From Felis catus (taxonomy: Eukaryota), in the NCBI RefSeq assembly GCF_018350175.1, contig NC_058368.1, positions 89,468,001-89,532,000 of the forward strand: DNA of 64,000 bases, in the 5' to 3' direction. Shown in pieces: positions 26,334-38,610 of the stretch. Each line of letters starts with the position of its first letter. The first letter of the stretch is position 1. The translations under genes and the position numbers were made by a program. The notes beneath the pieces are model-generated. The model did no database searches. It was not told the origin of the DNA and worked only from the letters and a program-made list of their open reading frames with translations.

Positions 26334-27034
26334 TTCAATTAAAAATTCAGTTGGTTTAGTAGCCCCGGAACCTTAGCACTTATATTTCTTTTTAATTGAA
26401 TCAATAGAGGTTTGGATGCTCCAACATAAATTATGGATCAATACTAAAGTGTCTGAGGAAAGAAATTACTCTCTGGATGGCTGTACTTTGACTAGATTAA
26501 ACAAACATAAACACCCTGCTTTCTAGCGGGTGAAAACAATGAACACTCTGAGTTTACTTTCTCCTCTAGTCTTCTAGAACTCCTCAGAATAACTTCTTTG
26601 AAAATTAGAAGAAGAGATGTTTGTGACCTCAGGTGCTGACTATGATTAAAAACACTTCCAAATTTATCAAGAGAACCCTCTGCAATTCACAGAGTAATTT
26701 GTGATTCCTCTGGACAAATCAGAAAGTTCACTGTGCACAAATGGGTTTTTTCAGTCCTTGGGGATGAAGCAACCCGCCCCTCATAGCCCTGGATCCAGGC
26801 AGCTACATCCAGCTGGAGCCCATCAGAGGTGCCTCCTGAACTGCTGAGGAGCTCAGACTCAGTAAGTCCCCTCCCTGTGTGCAGCTCTTGCATGCAGGGA
26901 GAGACCTGGCCATTCTTTGCAGGAATTTTGGTTCCCTAATCCTTTCTTATGTCAAGTACATTTTCTGCTGAATACTTTGCCTGTGCTTAAAGGTAAGTCT
27001 CCTTTCTCTGTGTTTCTGCACCCATACTCCTGTA
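26334..27034 (+). promoter_or_regulatory. Putative V1R promoter and 5' non-coding exon, ending at splice donor AAG|GTAAGT (26992/26993)
   Basis: Unique sequence ~9 kb upstream of the V1R CDS, strongly conserved with the paralog, with a consensus donor followed by a pyrimidine-rich intron-like tract. Upstream non-coding exons are typical of V1R genes. Confidence 0.65.
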
Positions 27035-27630
27035 CCCCTTTTTCCTTATTATATTTTTTCTATTCCATTTTTGCTGTCTTTCTTTTGTGTTACTCCTTTT
27101 ACTCTGCTGTTTTCTCCCTTTCATTTCTTTTCATTTATACTTAATTTTAATTTATAAGCTTTTTATACTTGTTTATATCCTCACTAATCTTCTACCCTCC
27201 ATGATCTTACCAGTTTTTCCTTTCTCTGCCTTTAATTTATTTATTGCTTATGAAACTCCGGTTTTAATTTCCTCTTGAATTCTATCTTATTTTTCCTCTT
27301 ATCTGCCAGCCCTTTCTTTATTCCATGCCTCCATTCTATCAATTTAAAAATATGTATTTCATTCTTTTCTGTCATTTCTTTCCATAGTTTATGGAGTTTT
27401 CCATAACCTTTTTTCATCCTTTTATAATGCCTTTCACATATTACTCACCATTATTTTGTGTTATTCATATGTATTCTGTTTACTCTTGCACATCTTCTGA
27501 TTTCTAAAACTCAAAAATTTCAAGAAATTTATTTTCTCTATGATTCTTTCTTGTATATTTTTTCTTTTATGTACAATTCTTCTAAAACTCTCTTTGGAAA
27601 GTTTAATTACTGTTATTAAAAACAATTTTA

Positions 27631-27850
27631 GGGGCGCCTGGGTGGCGCAGTCGGTTAAGCGTCCGACTTCAGCCAGGTCACGATCTCGCGGACCGGGAGT
27701 TCGAGCCCCGCGTCAGGCTCTGGGCTGATGGCTCAGAGCCTGGAGCCTGTTTCCGATTCTGTGTCTCCCTCTCTCTCAGTCCCTCCCCCGTTCATGCTCT
27801 GTCTCTCTCTGTCCCAAAAATAAATAATAAAAAAACGTTGAAAAAAAAAA
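27631..27850 (+). mobile_element. Young felid CanSINE
   Basis: CpG-rich copy with TSD aaaaacaatttta; absent from the paralogous position near 50885. Confidence 0.95.
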
Positions 27851-27944
27851 CAATTTTAAGGACCAATATTGTGTGGCATACAATTTGGATCTGTAAGAAA
27901 GACCAAGGAAATTTGCTATAAAAATTTTAAGTTATTTCAAACTT

Positions 27945-27946
<2 letters not shown>

Positions 27947-27976
<30 letters not shown>
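27947..27976. repeat. (TG)n microsatellite
   Basis: About 15 TG units. Confidence 0.95.
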
Positions 27977-27979
<3 letters not shown>

Positions 27980-29694
27980 TATTTTCTACAGACTGCAGTA
28001 TTCTCAAGGTCAGGTTCATAAACTTATTTGAAAAATCAACAACTGCTGTAAAAAAGTGCATTTCCAATATAATTTTGCTTCTATGATTCTGATTTATACT
28101 AGCTTCAATAAATTTATATTCTTTTTATCAGGATTACAGATAATATTACTAAGAGTCAGTTCAAAAGCAATCACTTAACTGTATCATAGACACTCAAAGA
28201 TATTACACAAACACATTTTGCTTAAGAGGAAAATAGAGTGATCAATGATGATTTCAGTCATTAGGTCAACTAATATTGACCTAATGTAGGTCAATACATT
28301 AGGTCAACCTTTTACTGGAAATATGAAAGGGAAGTTTGTGCTTATGTTAACAAGTAAAAGGAATGAAGTAAAATATTTAATTTATACACAAATGCATTCA
28401 ATTGTGGGAGACCATACAATATATTATGTAACAGGTCAAATACCACCATGTCAGAATTAACTATTCAAAAGAATACTTAAAGATTTACATCAGTGTAATA
28501 ACTTGTGAGCAGTTATTTCTTTTAATGCATTATAGGCAAACATGAGGTTCCTAGAATGGCCTCATGACATCACCTTAGGGATTGGGAGACTGACTTAGAA
28601 AAATGGACAAGAGGAGCCTACCAAAAGCTCCCCCAGTTCTAGGCCATAATTGCAAAGTGGTGAGAGAGAACCAATGCTCCCTCAGAGGACTGTGGACATA
28701 AGTCCCCAGGGAGTGACGGCCAGAGAGAACTTGGGTACAGATAGTTCCAGAAATTTCTGGAAACAAGCAGGAAAGCTTGAAGACCTGCATGCTTTGCTGA
28801 TGTCTGATAACAGCCCAGGGAGCTCTAGCTTTACCAGTGGATAAATTTGTTTGATCGTTTTATATACACTTTGCTTCCTTTCATGTCATCTTTCTCTTGT
28901 CCTGTTCACCCTCTTCTCTTCAGTGTATACTCCTACTCATAGCTGTGAAATTCTTACTCTTGTTCAATTTCTTATTTTTTTGTTAATCATTGGCAGTTTC
29001 CTACTACTCATTTTATTTACCACACCGTTCCTGTTTCCTGTTATCTCTTCTGCTCTCAGACTCCTGTATCTTATTTATTTAAAATAATCTGCCTTCACAA
29101 ATAGATTTTTAATCATGTCTCCTCTACTCTTCATCTCTAACGTGTGTGTTTTTGTCTTCTCTATTAACTTCACGTTCATTGCCTTCTATTCACTATCCAA
29201 TTCATTCATCATTTATTCAGGTTTTTCTTTTTTCACCTTTCAGTATTTAAATCCTTTTTCCTCTGTCCAAATTAATTACTTTCCCTTATTCATCTGTGAA
29301 TGTTTTCACTCTAAAATGTTTTGAAAACATTCTAATTTAATAATATTCAAAGATATTCTTTTTTTCTTTTCTCTTTATTATTTTAGTCTCCCCGACTCTC
29401 ATCTTTTGTTTCTGTTACTATGGCTTTTTTTTTTATCATGTCCACTTTTCTTTCCTCCTCACTTCCTCTATCCTTACAACTCTTTTGTTGATTAAATCAT
29501 TGATTTTTAATTCATGTGTCTATTTTTCCACTTACTGTAATAATTTATTTACTTTCTCCTTTTGGTATATATATTTTTTCATTTCTCTATTTTCTGTTGG
29601 TCTGCCATTCAATTTCTGTCACTTGTAAAGGCTTCCTGTTATTTAAATTACACAAATTTATGTCTAAGTTTTAAGACTTTTTGTTATTCCTTTT

Positions 29695-30200
29695 AGGGAG
29701 GAAATCTTTTTCCTCTACTCCCTTATGTTAGATATGGGAGCATGCAACCTAAGCTGACAAAAGACAGTTGAATGGGAGATGAAACCCCAAATTTATTCAT
29801 GTTTCTGTGGGAGCTCACAAGAGTTTAGCTCATGAATGGCTAAAATCAAGAGTTTATATAACTAACTTCAAAAAAATTGGGAAGGGGGAAGAAAAGCCTT
29901 CTATGAGAAGAACAAATTGGTTTCTAGGGGAACAAACAGAAGACAAGAAATTTTGTGATGATCATTGTCTATGCAGGTGTGAGTGCCATTTTCCATCTTT
30001 CTCAAGTCACCAGAGAAGGGAATTTATAACAGTGTCATTCCCAGAAGTTTCTAGTTTTAGTTACATAGAAGCTCCTAGCAGGCTTCCCCACCCCTATGTC
30101 TGTTGAATCTCAAATGTCTTTAGTTTAATTTTCTGAGAGTCATCCCTATGTCTGTTGAATCTCAAATATCTTTAGTTTAAAGTAATTTTCTGAGAGTCAG
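29695..30200. mobile_element. Probable old ERV LTR relic (paralog at ~51487-51990)
   Basis: Purine-rich block within pyrimidine-rich intron that resembles ERV1-class solo LTRs as recalled; present in both duplicated units. Confidence 0.45.
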
Positions 30201-31407
30201 CCACAATCCTATCTAATTGTCTGGTAGCAATTTCTTAGAAAACCAATGCTTCTAAAAAATTTTTCTTTTTCTTGATTTCCTAAAATCCCTAATGTAATGC
30301 TTTATATATATAATGCTATATATAATGCCTATATAATGCTATATATCCTTATATATTTTCTATGTCATGTTAGGCTTAACTTTTTCCATAATCTTTTTTT
30401 TTTCGTCTGTGCCTTTTTTTATTTCCACAATTTTCCTTAGGTTCTTGACTGTCCTCACTTGCTTTTCTTTCTCTTTTCCTGCTCATTCTGTTCAGCTGAT
30501 TTCCTGGCTGAGATGGCAATACCTTTGTTCTCTCCTGTTTCTATTTGCACTTGTACCTTCATATTCATTGTCCCCCTCTTTTCTTTTCCATTTTGATTAA
30601 CAATTGTCTCCTGATTTTAATTCTCCTTCTCATTTATTTTAAACATTCTCTTCAATAAAGCCTTGTTTCTCTTTCTTAATTCTTTATTCTCTCCTGATCT
30701 AACAAACAAGATTTTAGAAACAACCTCTCAAACTCAATGTAACAAAAGAGTTTAGATTTTGTTGAAAATAGTGTTAAATTTTAAATATTGCTGAGAACCG
30801 TCACTTTGTGATGTAGGGTATTATGATTTATAAATGTTCTATGGAGAATTTTTTCTTTCTTAACAACTTTCAACAGATTTGTATAATTTTATCCAAGAAA
30901 TTCTTACACAAATTTAAGATTATTTCATAGTATTATTATTAATCCTAAATTTTCTAAAATTACACTGTATAAAGAAATTAACTTCCAAAATAATGAGCTG
31001 TGTTACCAATTTAATACTTTTCTCTAGGTTTTCAAACTTATTTTCAGTGTCGACCATCTTATAATCAGTGAATAATGACAGTTACATCTTTTCATTTTCT
31101 AGAATGCTTATTCTTTTTCATTTGTTTATTTACCACATATATTAGGAGCTAAAATGCAATATAATGTGTGGACATGACAGTTGGTGCAGTTCTAACACTA
31201 TTGATTTAAAAGAGCATTGGGCTTCATTTATTAGTTCTATGTTTATATTAGCTAACTACCTTGCATAAAGTCAATAATCTCCTTTATATTTATAATATAC
31301 TAAGGAATTATATATTTATAATAAACAAATATTAAATGTATATGAATGTTTCTTACCCATTTAATGAGATAGTCATGTGCCTTTCTTCTTTAAGATATTA
31401 ATATGGA

Positions 31408-31601
31408 GGGGCTGCCTAGGTGGCTCAGTTGGTTGAGCACCTGATTCTTGGTTTCAGCTCAGATCATGATTTCATGGTTGGTGGGTCCAGTACCCCCGCC
31501 CCCGCAACTACCTTTGGGTTTGGGCTCCATGCTGACAGTGTCCCTGCTTAGGATCCTCTCTCTCTCAATAAATAAATAAATAAATAAATAAACTTAAAAA
31601 A
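31408..31601 (+). mobile_element. Older CanSINE
   Basis: SINE head, (AAAT)n tail, TSD aagat(a/g)ttaatatg. Confidence 0.88.
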
Positions 31602-32189
31602 AGATGTTAATATGAGACTTTCTTTAATACATTTTCTAAAGCTAAGACATTTTAACATTTTGGAGAAAATCCAAACTGTTAACAAAATATTGTACTTGTT
31701 TATACTTTGATTTATAGTTTCTAATCATTTATATGTATATTTATATATTTTATTGACATTAAATTAGCATAACATAAAAATAAACCATGTTTAAGTGTGC
31801 TATTCGGTCGGATTCATAACATTTTAAATGTTTTACTACTTTTATTAAGTTTCAAAGCGTTTCATCACCTGAAAAGAAAGCCCTAGACTCCACAGTCACT
31901 CCTTTGTCCTGTCTTTAGCCCTTGCAACCACAAGTCTGCTGTCTACAGATTTAGGAATTTATATATTTTAGGATATTTCATATAAATGAATTTATGCAAT
32001 ACATGAGTTTTTGATTCTAGCTTCTTTTGCTTTGTTCAGATTGGTCTTGCAAATGCGCTCATGTAGGTAGTAGGCTGGAGGATGGCTAGTGTTTCATATG
32101 GGTCTTGATGTTGCTTGGAGTGGAATACCTTCACATTTAATTCTGGATTTGGCTTAAGATTTCCTCCATGTGGTTGCTTATTTTCTTTT

Positions 32190-32397
32190 TCTTTTTTTAA
32201 ATTTTTTAAATGTTTATTTATTTTTGAGAGAAAGTAGCGGGGAGGGACAGAGAAAGAGGGAGACACAGAATTTGAAGCAGGCTCCAGGCTCTGAGCTATC
32301 ATCAGAGATTCCAATGCAGGGCTTGAACCCATCAACTATGAGATCATGACCTGAGCTGAAGTTGGATGCTTAACTGACTGCACCACCCAGGCACCCT
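32190..32397 (-). mobile_element. CanSINE (shared with the inverted duplicate at 9620-9846)
   Basis: Minus-strand SINE; TSD agaaaat(g/a)agca. Confidence 0.9.
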
Positions 32398-33123
32398 TGC
32401 TCATTTTCTAATAACCTAATAAGCTAGGATGCTTCATACGTTCACAGGAGAGCAAGCCCCACATGAAGGCACTTATCAAGATTCTGTTTGTGTTATGTTT
32501 GCTCCACAATGAATGGCAAAGCAAGTCAAAGGCTAAACCATATTCAAGGGATGGAGAAAAACACATTACAATGTCTACATAGGGAAAAATTCATAGGTAT
32601 TTTTGCAGTCTACCACATTCTGGGACCAAGAGCAAATGAGATGTGAGAAACTGGAGACAAACTGAGATAATTACATGCAGGAATATTGCTCAAATGAAGG
32701 GTAGAAATGACTCAAGAAATGTGCAAGAAATACACTACATCTGCATGTTGATAGGGAAATTTTGATAATGGGTGTAAGAGAGAAGAATAATGAAAGATTG
32801 GAGTCTTAAGCAGAAAAGAGAACCTCAGATTTATTGCACAAATGGATGGATTAGCTATGATAAAGAGCCTTGGCAATTCATTCACAGCACCAGGGTAGAA
32901 TGACAAATATACAGAGAAAGAAATTAATGTAGTAGCAAGTTTTTTGGGAAATAATCTTTTGCTTATTTTAATTTTCTAAATGAAGTATGCAGTGTATCAA
33001 TAAATGAATAAAAATGCATATGTACATTTATTTACAAATATTTATAAAAATGGATCTTATTCACAATGGAATATTATTCAGTCAGTAAAAAGGAAATCTT
33101 GCCATTTAAGACAACATGAATAG

Positions 33124-33328
33124 AGTGGCGCCTGGGTGGCTCAGTCAGTTGAGCATCCGACTTCAGTTCAGGTCATGATTTCATAGGTCTTGAGTTCAAG
33201 CCCCGCGTCGGGCTCTGTGCTGGCAGCTCAGAGCCTGGAACCTGCTTTATATTCTGTGTCTCCCTCTCTCTGCCCCTTCTCCGCTCATGCTCTATCTCTC
33301 AAAAATGAATAAATGTTTAAAAAAATTT
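33124..33328 (+). mobile_element. CanSINE inserted after the inverted duplication
   Basis: TSD aagacaacatgaataga; empty site in the paralog at ~8904-8920. Confidence 0.93.
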
Positions 33329-33702
33329 TAAGACAACATGAATAGAACCCAATGTAAGTCAGATAAAGAAAGACAAATACTGTGTGATCTCACTTATATG
33401 TGGTATATAAAAAAAGATCCATTGATACAAAGAACAGATTGGTGGCTGCTATAAAAGGGGTTGAAGGGTAGGTAAAATGGGTGAAGGGGGACAAAAGGTA
33501 TGAACTTCCTGTTATAAAAGAATAAGTCCTGTGGATGCAGTGTACAGCAAGGGGGTGATGATAGTTAGTAATAATATATTGTATATCTGAGGTTGCTAAG
33601 AGAGTAAATAATAAAATTTGTCATCACAAGAAAAAAGTAGTAACTATATGTGATGATGAATGTTAACTAGAGTTGCTGTAGTGATCAATTTGCAATACGA
33701 TT

Positions 33703-34034
33703 TACATTTGAACAACATAGTGATTAGGGCACTGAACCCCCATGCAGTTAAAAATATGCATATAAATTTTGACACCCCTAAATTTGACTGTTAGTCACCA
33801 ACTGTTGGTCAGAAGCTTTACTGATAACACAATCAACTAACACATATGTTGTATCATACATGCATTATATACTGTATTCTTATGATAAAGCAAGTTAGAG
33901 AAGAAAAATGTTATTAAGAAAATGATTAGTAATACATTTACAAAACTAGAAATACATTCACAGTATTGTACTTTTAAAAATCCACATATAAGTGCACTCA
34001 GGGACTTCAAATATGCTTTTGAAGAGTCAACTGT
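33703..34034. mobile_element. Tigger2-type non-autonomous DNA transposon relic nested in an old L1 3' end
   Basis: Ends ...ttgaacaacat and ...gaagagtcaactgta; paralog at 8245-8566. Confidence 0.65.
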
Positions 34035-35749
34035 ATATAAAAATATCAAGTCACATGTTGTACATCTGAAACTAACATAAACTTTCATGTCCATTATATC
34101 TCAATTAAAAATGTGCAATTTGTCATCAATTGAATGTGAGATTGGGAGAGGATAGGTTGGCAGTTTAAAAATAAAGAAGTTATGAAGTAGTCATCAAGAT
34201 GAGTGACAAAGTGAATACCCAAGGAATACTCTAGAAAATTTAGTGTGATTCCTGCTGAAAATAAAAGTTCACTGGACCTTAGTAGTGAAGGATTTGACAT
34301 GAGTGTAGTTAACATATTTTGTGTTTTACTCCAGCCTTGATTATCTGAGCATGATGCCATGAATGAGACAGAATATTAGATTTAACAGGAGTTGATATTT
34401 TTCCATGGTGAGTTCTATGAAGTAGGAAAAATAAATCAGTGGAATCAGCTATTTTTTCAAGAAGTGATGATGACCTTGGATTGTGGAAGTTCAGGTAAGA
34501 AGGAGAGGCTCTGGGAGGGTTGTGGAGAGTAAAGAGATCAATGTTTCTCAGACACTGATGATGTCAAAGTAATACTGGAGTTAGAGATTAGATAAAGTAA
34601 GCTGCAAATGGTAGTAGGAGAATGAGAAACACAATGAGTCTACAATATTTGTAATGACAACTCTAGTATTTGAACAGGAGAAAAAGTGGATGTGGTTGGG
34701 GGCAGCAAAAGTGTTGGAAGAGAGATCACAAATGTGAGAGGCTAGGAATATTGCACTGGTCATCTGTATGGGAAATCTCCAAGAACATGACAGAATTTGA
34801 GTTAGACACAATGAGTCACTAGCTACTGAGGGGAGCGACTTGGGTCAGTAGATTACTTCCACAAAGAATGATGACAAATGTTTCAAAACTGGAGTAATGG
34901 AGAATTATCTGAATATGCCTGGTATCAAAGAGAACATTCTCACATACAGGACTAGTGATATAGGAGACAGAGGAGAGAAAGATCGCACTACTTGAGAGAG
35001 ATGCTGGAGAAGCAGTGACTTCCAGGTAGAACAAAGACAAGAAGTGAATTTTCAGTACAGAGATGGCAGATGCAAATGAACTGACCCATGAGCTGATCTG
35101 ATATTCATCATGTGCATTGGAAAGGTCTTGGACTTGGGGAAGCATGTTGAAAGGGGCAGAAAAAAGGAATTTACAGAGCCTGATGGTCATGAGAAACTCT
35201 AGGGATGGAGTTCTTCTGGTGAATAATTACACCAGAAGTGTAACAATATGGTGATAACAATATAGTGATAATAATATGTGTTAAATATGGTAGAAATGAA
35301 ATAATAAACATTAAAATACATTAGTAATTTTCTGTTGTTTATGACAGAAGATTGAAAAGCATTAAAATTATAAAATGTAATTCAGAATACATACCCAGAA
35401 CTTAAATAAAATCTCCATAAATCTGAAATATTGTTTTTCATGAATAAAAAAATTATCCTTCAGGATAGTCAGTTTATTTCTCAGAATTAGAGTAATGTTT
35501 TTATAAATAAGGCATGTTTTGTCTCAAACCTAATACTCCCCTGAAGTGACATCAATAATCCTTGACATATGCCTCTAGAACCAATTCTTAATTTCCTGAA
35601 TACTCTTATAGAATATTTGCACAACCTACTGCCAAGATTGATCATATCTCAAGGGCTCTCCATAGAGTCCTGTTATTTCTATCAAGCTTACAGATCATTT
35701 TCTGCCTCTTTTTAGGCTGTTGAGGAGTCTATCCAGAGTAGAAGAGGCC

Positions 35750-36742
35750 ATGAATATAATAGTTTCAAGTGATACTATTTTGGGAATATTTTTTCTCTTT
35801 CAATTTGGGATTGGTTTTATTGGAAACACATTATTACTCATGTTAAACATCAACACTTTATTTCAGCCCTCCTCCAAAAAGCCTATAGATTTGATATGCA
35901 CCCATTTAACTTTAGCTAATATCATGACAATTCTTTCCAGTGTGATTCCAGAAATAATAAATGCTTTTGGGGTAAGAAATTTTCTGGATGACATTGGTTG
36001 TAAGGCAGTGCTGTACATCTACAGAGTCACACGGGGTGTCTCCCTCTGCACCACGTCTTTCCTGAGTATTTTTCAGGCCATAATTATCACTCCTAGCAAC
36101 TCTAGGTGGGCATGGCTCAAACCCAAAGTCTCCACGTACCTTTTTCCTGCCTTCTTTTCTTTCTGGATCATCAACATGCTGATCTACATCCGTGTCATCA
36201 TAACTGCTGTGGGCCCCTACAACATCAGTGAAGTTGGACAAGTGTATTCACTGACATACTGTAGCGGGAGAGAACCTGATAAACTTCAGGAGGCTGCTTT
36301 TCTAGGGGGTATGGTCTTACGAGATATTCTGTGTATTTGCCTCATGATCTGGACCAGTATGTACATGGTAAACTTTCTCTTCATACATCGCAAGACAGTC
36401 CAGCATGTCCATAGGACCAGCCTCTGCCCAAGACCATCTCCCGAAACCAGGGCCACCCACACAATCCTGGCACTGGTGAGCTGCTTTGTTTTCTTTTACT
36501 GGACCAACACTTGCCTTACCATTTACATAATTTACAGACATAATGTACAAAGTCTGGAGAACATTACTATTTTTCTCTCCTCTTGTTATCCAGCAATCTG
36601 CCCTTTTGTGCTGATCAAAAATAATAATAGACGATCATTTCTGAACTGTAACTTTGCAAAAACGAGAAAGTCCTCACCACAGTCTATGTCCCTTAGAGGT
36701 TTGAACGCCCTCACAAACTTCTTTGACACAAGAGCCATGTGA
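35750..36742 (+). CDS. Vomeronasal type-1 receptor (V1R/VN1R family 7TM GPCR), 330 aa, intact single coding exon
   Basis: V1R motifs: GIGFIGN, KPIDLICTHLTLAN, FLDDIGCK..YIYRVTRGVSLCTTSFLS.FQA, WAWLK, HRKTVQHVH, PETRATHTIL.LVSCFV.FY, YPAICPFVLI. ATG in gccATG context, acceptor tctgcctcttttttag at 35715, AATAAA at 36871. Confidence 0.96.
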   Translation: MNIIVSSDTILGIFFLFQFGIGFIGNTLLLMLNINTLFQPSSKKPIDLICTHLTLANIMTILSSVIPEIINAFGVRNFLDDIGCKAVLYIYRVTRGVSLCTTSFLSIFQAIIITPSNSRWAWLKPKVSTYLFPAFFSFWIINMLIYIRVIITAVGPYNISEVGQVYSLTYCSGREPDKLQEAAFLGGMVLRDILCICLMIWTSMYMVNFLFIHRKTVQHVHRTSLCPRPSPETRATHTILALVSCFVFFYWTNTCLTIYIIYRHNVQSLENITIFLSSCYPAICPFVLIKNNNRRSFLNCNFAKTRKSSPQSMSLRGLNALTNFFDTRAM

Positions 36743-37518
36743 TTACATTTTCCCACATTAAGATTTTAGTAAGGTAGAATTCTGCAAGGGTATAAATAAT
36801 TTTTACTTTGGCCATTTCTTCAAACCATCCAGCTTAATGAACACATGGAGATAAATGACAATATTCATAAAATAAAACATATTGCACCTGAATGGGGCAC
36901 TATTTTACCTTTTTTAAAATGATTGTAAAAAAATTATTCTTCTCATTATTTGGATGCTTCCAGTTTGAGACATCTTCCCTAATGTGACATAGGTATTAGA
37001 TGAGTTATAGCAACTACCCTTGCTGGTATATGCTAGACAGCCCTCATTAGACAAAATTATGTTATATCTACATTGTTGTGTACTTTAGAAGCCAACAATA
37101 CTTGAGGATACTATATGCTGTTGATTATATCTGGTTAAATCATGGATAATGATGTAACTAAATATAACCATACTTTCCCTACTCCACTGAATAACCAAGT
37201 GTCCTCAAAGCCAAATGTATTATTCTCAAATGCTTGGTGAAAAACACTTGGCTTTCTATTTGTACATCTTTGTATCTGTTAGCACCATTAGAAGTATTCC
37301 TTAAATGTACATTTTGTTTTCTGAAGACATACATTCTATATTGTGGCAGATTTTTTTTGAAGCTTTGCACTTTTATGAAGAAATATTTAGCACTTCTGAG
37401 ACATAACACTATGATATATTAGAAAACCTGAAAAAAATCTGCTAGAAAACAGCTAAAATCTCAGTATAATATTTAAACTTTTTTTTCATTAAGAACTGTG
37501 TTTAAACAAATGTAAGGA

Positions 37519-37747
37519 GGGGTGCTTGGGTGGCTCAGTTGGTTGAGTGTCTAACCTCAGATCAGGTCATGATCTCACAGTTTGTGAGTTCAAGTCCCTC
37601 ATCAGGCTCTGTGCTGACAGCTCAGAGCCTGGAGCCTGCTTTGAATTCTGTGTCTCCATCTCTCTGCCCCTCCCCTGCTCATGCTCTGTCTCTCTCTGTC
37701 TCTTTCTGTCTCTCAAAAATAAATAAATGTTAAAAAAGTAAAAAAAA
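37519..37747 (+). mobile_element. CanSINE
   Basis: SINE head, CT tract and tail; TSD aaatgtaagga. Confidence 0.92.
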
Positions 37748-38471
37748 TGTAAGGAAACTTCTGATTAGGAAAACAAGAATAAAATGAATGCTGAAAATGC
37801 AGCTGCTCTCAGCACATGTATTAATCTTACAGCACAGACCTCTGAACTTCATAACTTCTTGGGAAAGATAAACTGAAAATTGAAGCCACAGATTAGAGAT
37901 TGATGAGGTAACACAGTTCACTCACATTCTTTTTACAATAGAAAGAACTGATGCACTAAAAGATTGAAACGAAAAAGGAAACATTTATATTAGACTAATA
38001 GTTTATTAAAAACTTGAAGTATCTATAGCTTTGTGTGGGGAAGATGGTGAAATAAGAAGACCTTCAGTTCACCTCATCCTGTGGATACAACTAGATAACA
38101 TTAAATCAGTGTGAATAACCCAGAAAATGACCTAAAGACTGGCAGAACAAACCCCACAACTAAACGTAGAGAAGAGGCCACATTGAAGAGGATAGGAAGG
38201 GCAGAGATGTGGTGGGGAGCTAAATGAGCCATGGCCATGTCTGCGAGGGAAGGAGCCACATGTGGGGAGAGGGGTGAGAAACAGACTATCACACCAGGAA
38301 GCCTGTACCCCAGGAAGAAGAATCTCTTGAAAACTAGCTGGGCCAAATTTTCAGAGTCCTTACAACCAGCAGGATTAAAGCCTGAAACTTTAAAAAATCA
38401 CCAGGCTCAGCTCTGGGAGAGCTGAGAGGGCAATAGGAAACTAGGTCCACCTTTAAAGAGATAGCACAATA

Positions 38472-38610
38472 AGGGGCACTAAGGAATCTACTCCTGAAAT
38501 CATTGTTGCACTATATGCTAACTAATTTGGATATAAATTTTAAAAAATAAAAAATAAAACAAGTTAAAATTTAAAAATGCTAATAAATAAAAAGATTAAA
38601 AAAAAGAAAG
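38472..38610 (+). mobile_element. Extremely 5'-truncated retroposed insertion (L1-like 3' tip with A-rich tail)
   Basis: 17-bp TSD aaagagatagcacaata at 38455-38471 and 38611-38627. Confidence 0.8.

Larger units (their letters stand above)
25400..38000 (+). repeat. V1R gene unit A of a tandem segmental duplication (paralog at 47730-55060)
   Basis: Colinear homology: 25405-26330 with 47735-49045; 26334-27034 with 49049-49757; 27500-32125 with 50760-54127; 36880-38000 with 54155-55060. Confidence 0.9.

Noticed and set aside
26754..26765. O/E (EBF)-like site gtccttggggat in the putative V1R promoter
   Set aside because: Imperfect match to a short motif that cannot be distinguished from chance without a motif scan.
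26687..27144. Short ORFs duplicated at 49410-49930
   Set aside because: Shared only because of nucleotide identity of the duplicated block, and they diverge right after the splice donor; no protein family recognised.
28851..30600. Hydrophobic F/L/I/S-rich ORFs
   Set aside because: Translation artefacts of T-rich intronic sequence; no GPCR motifs.
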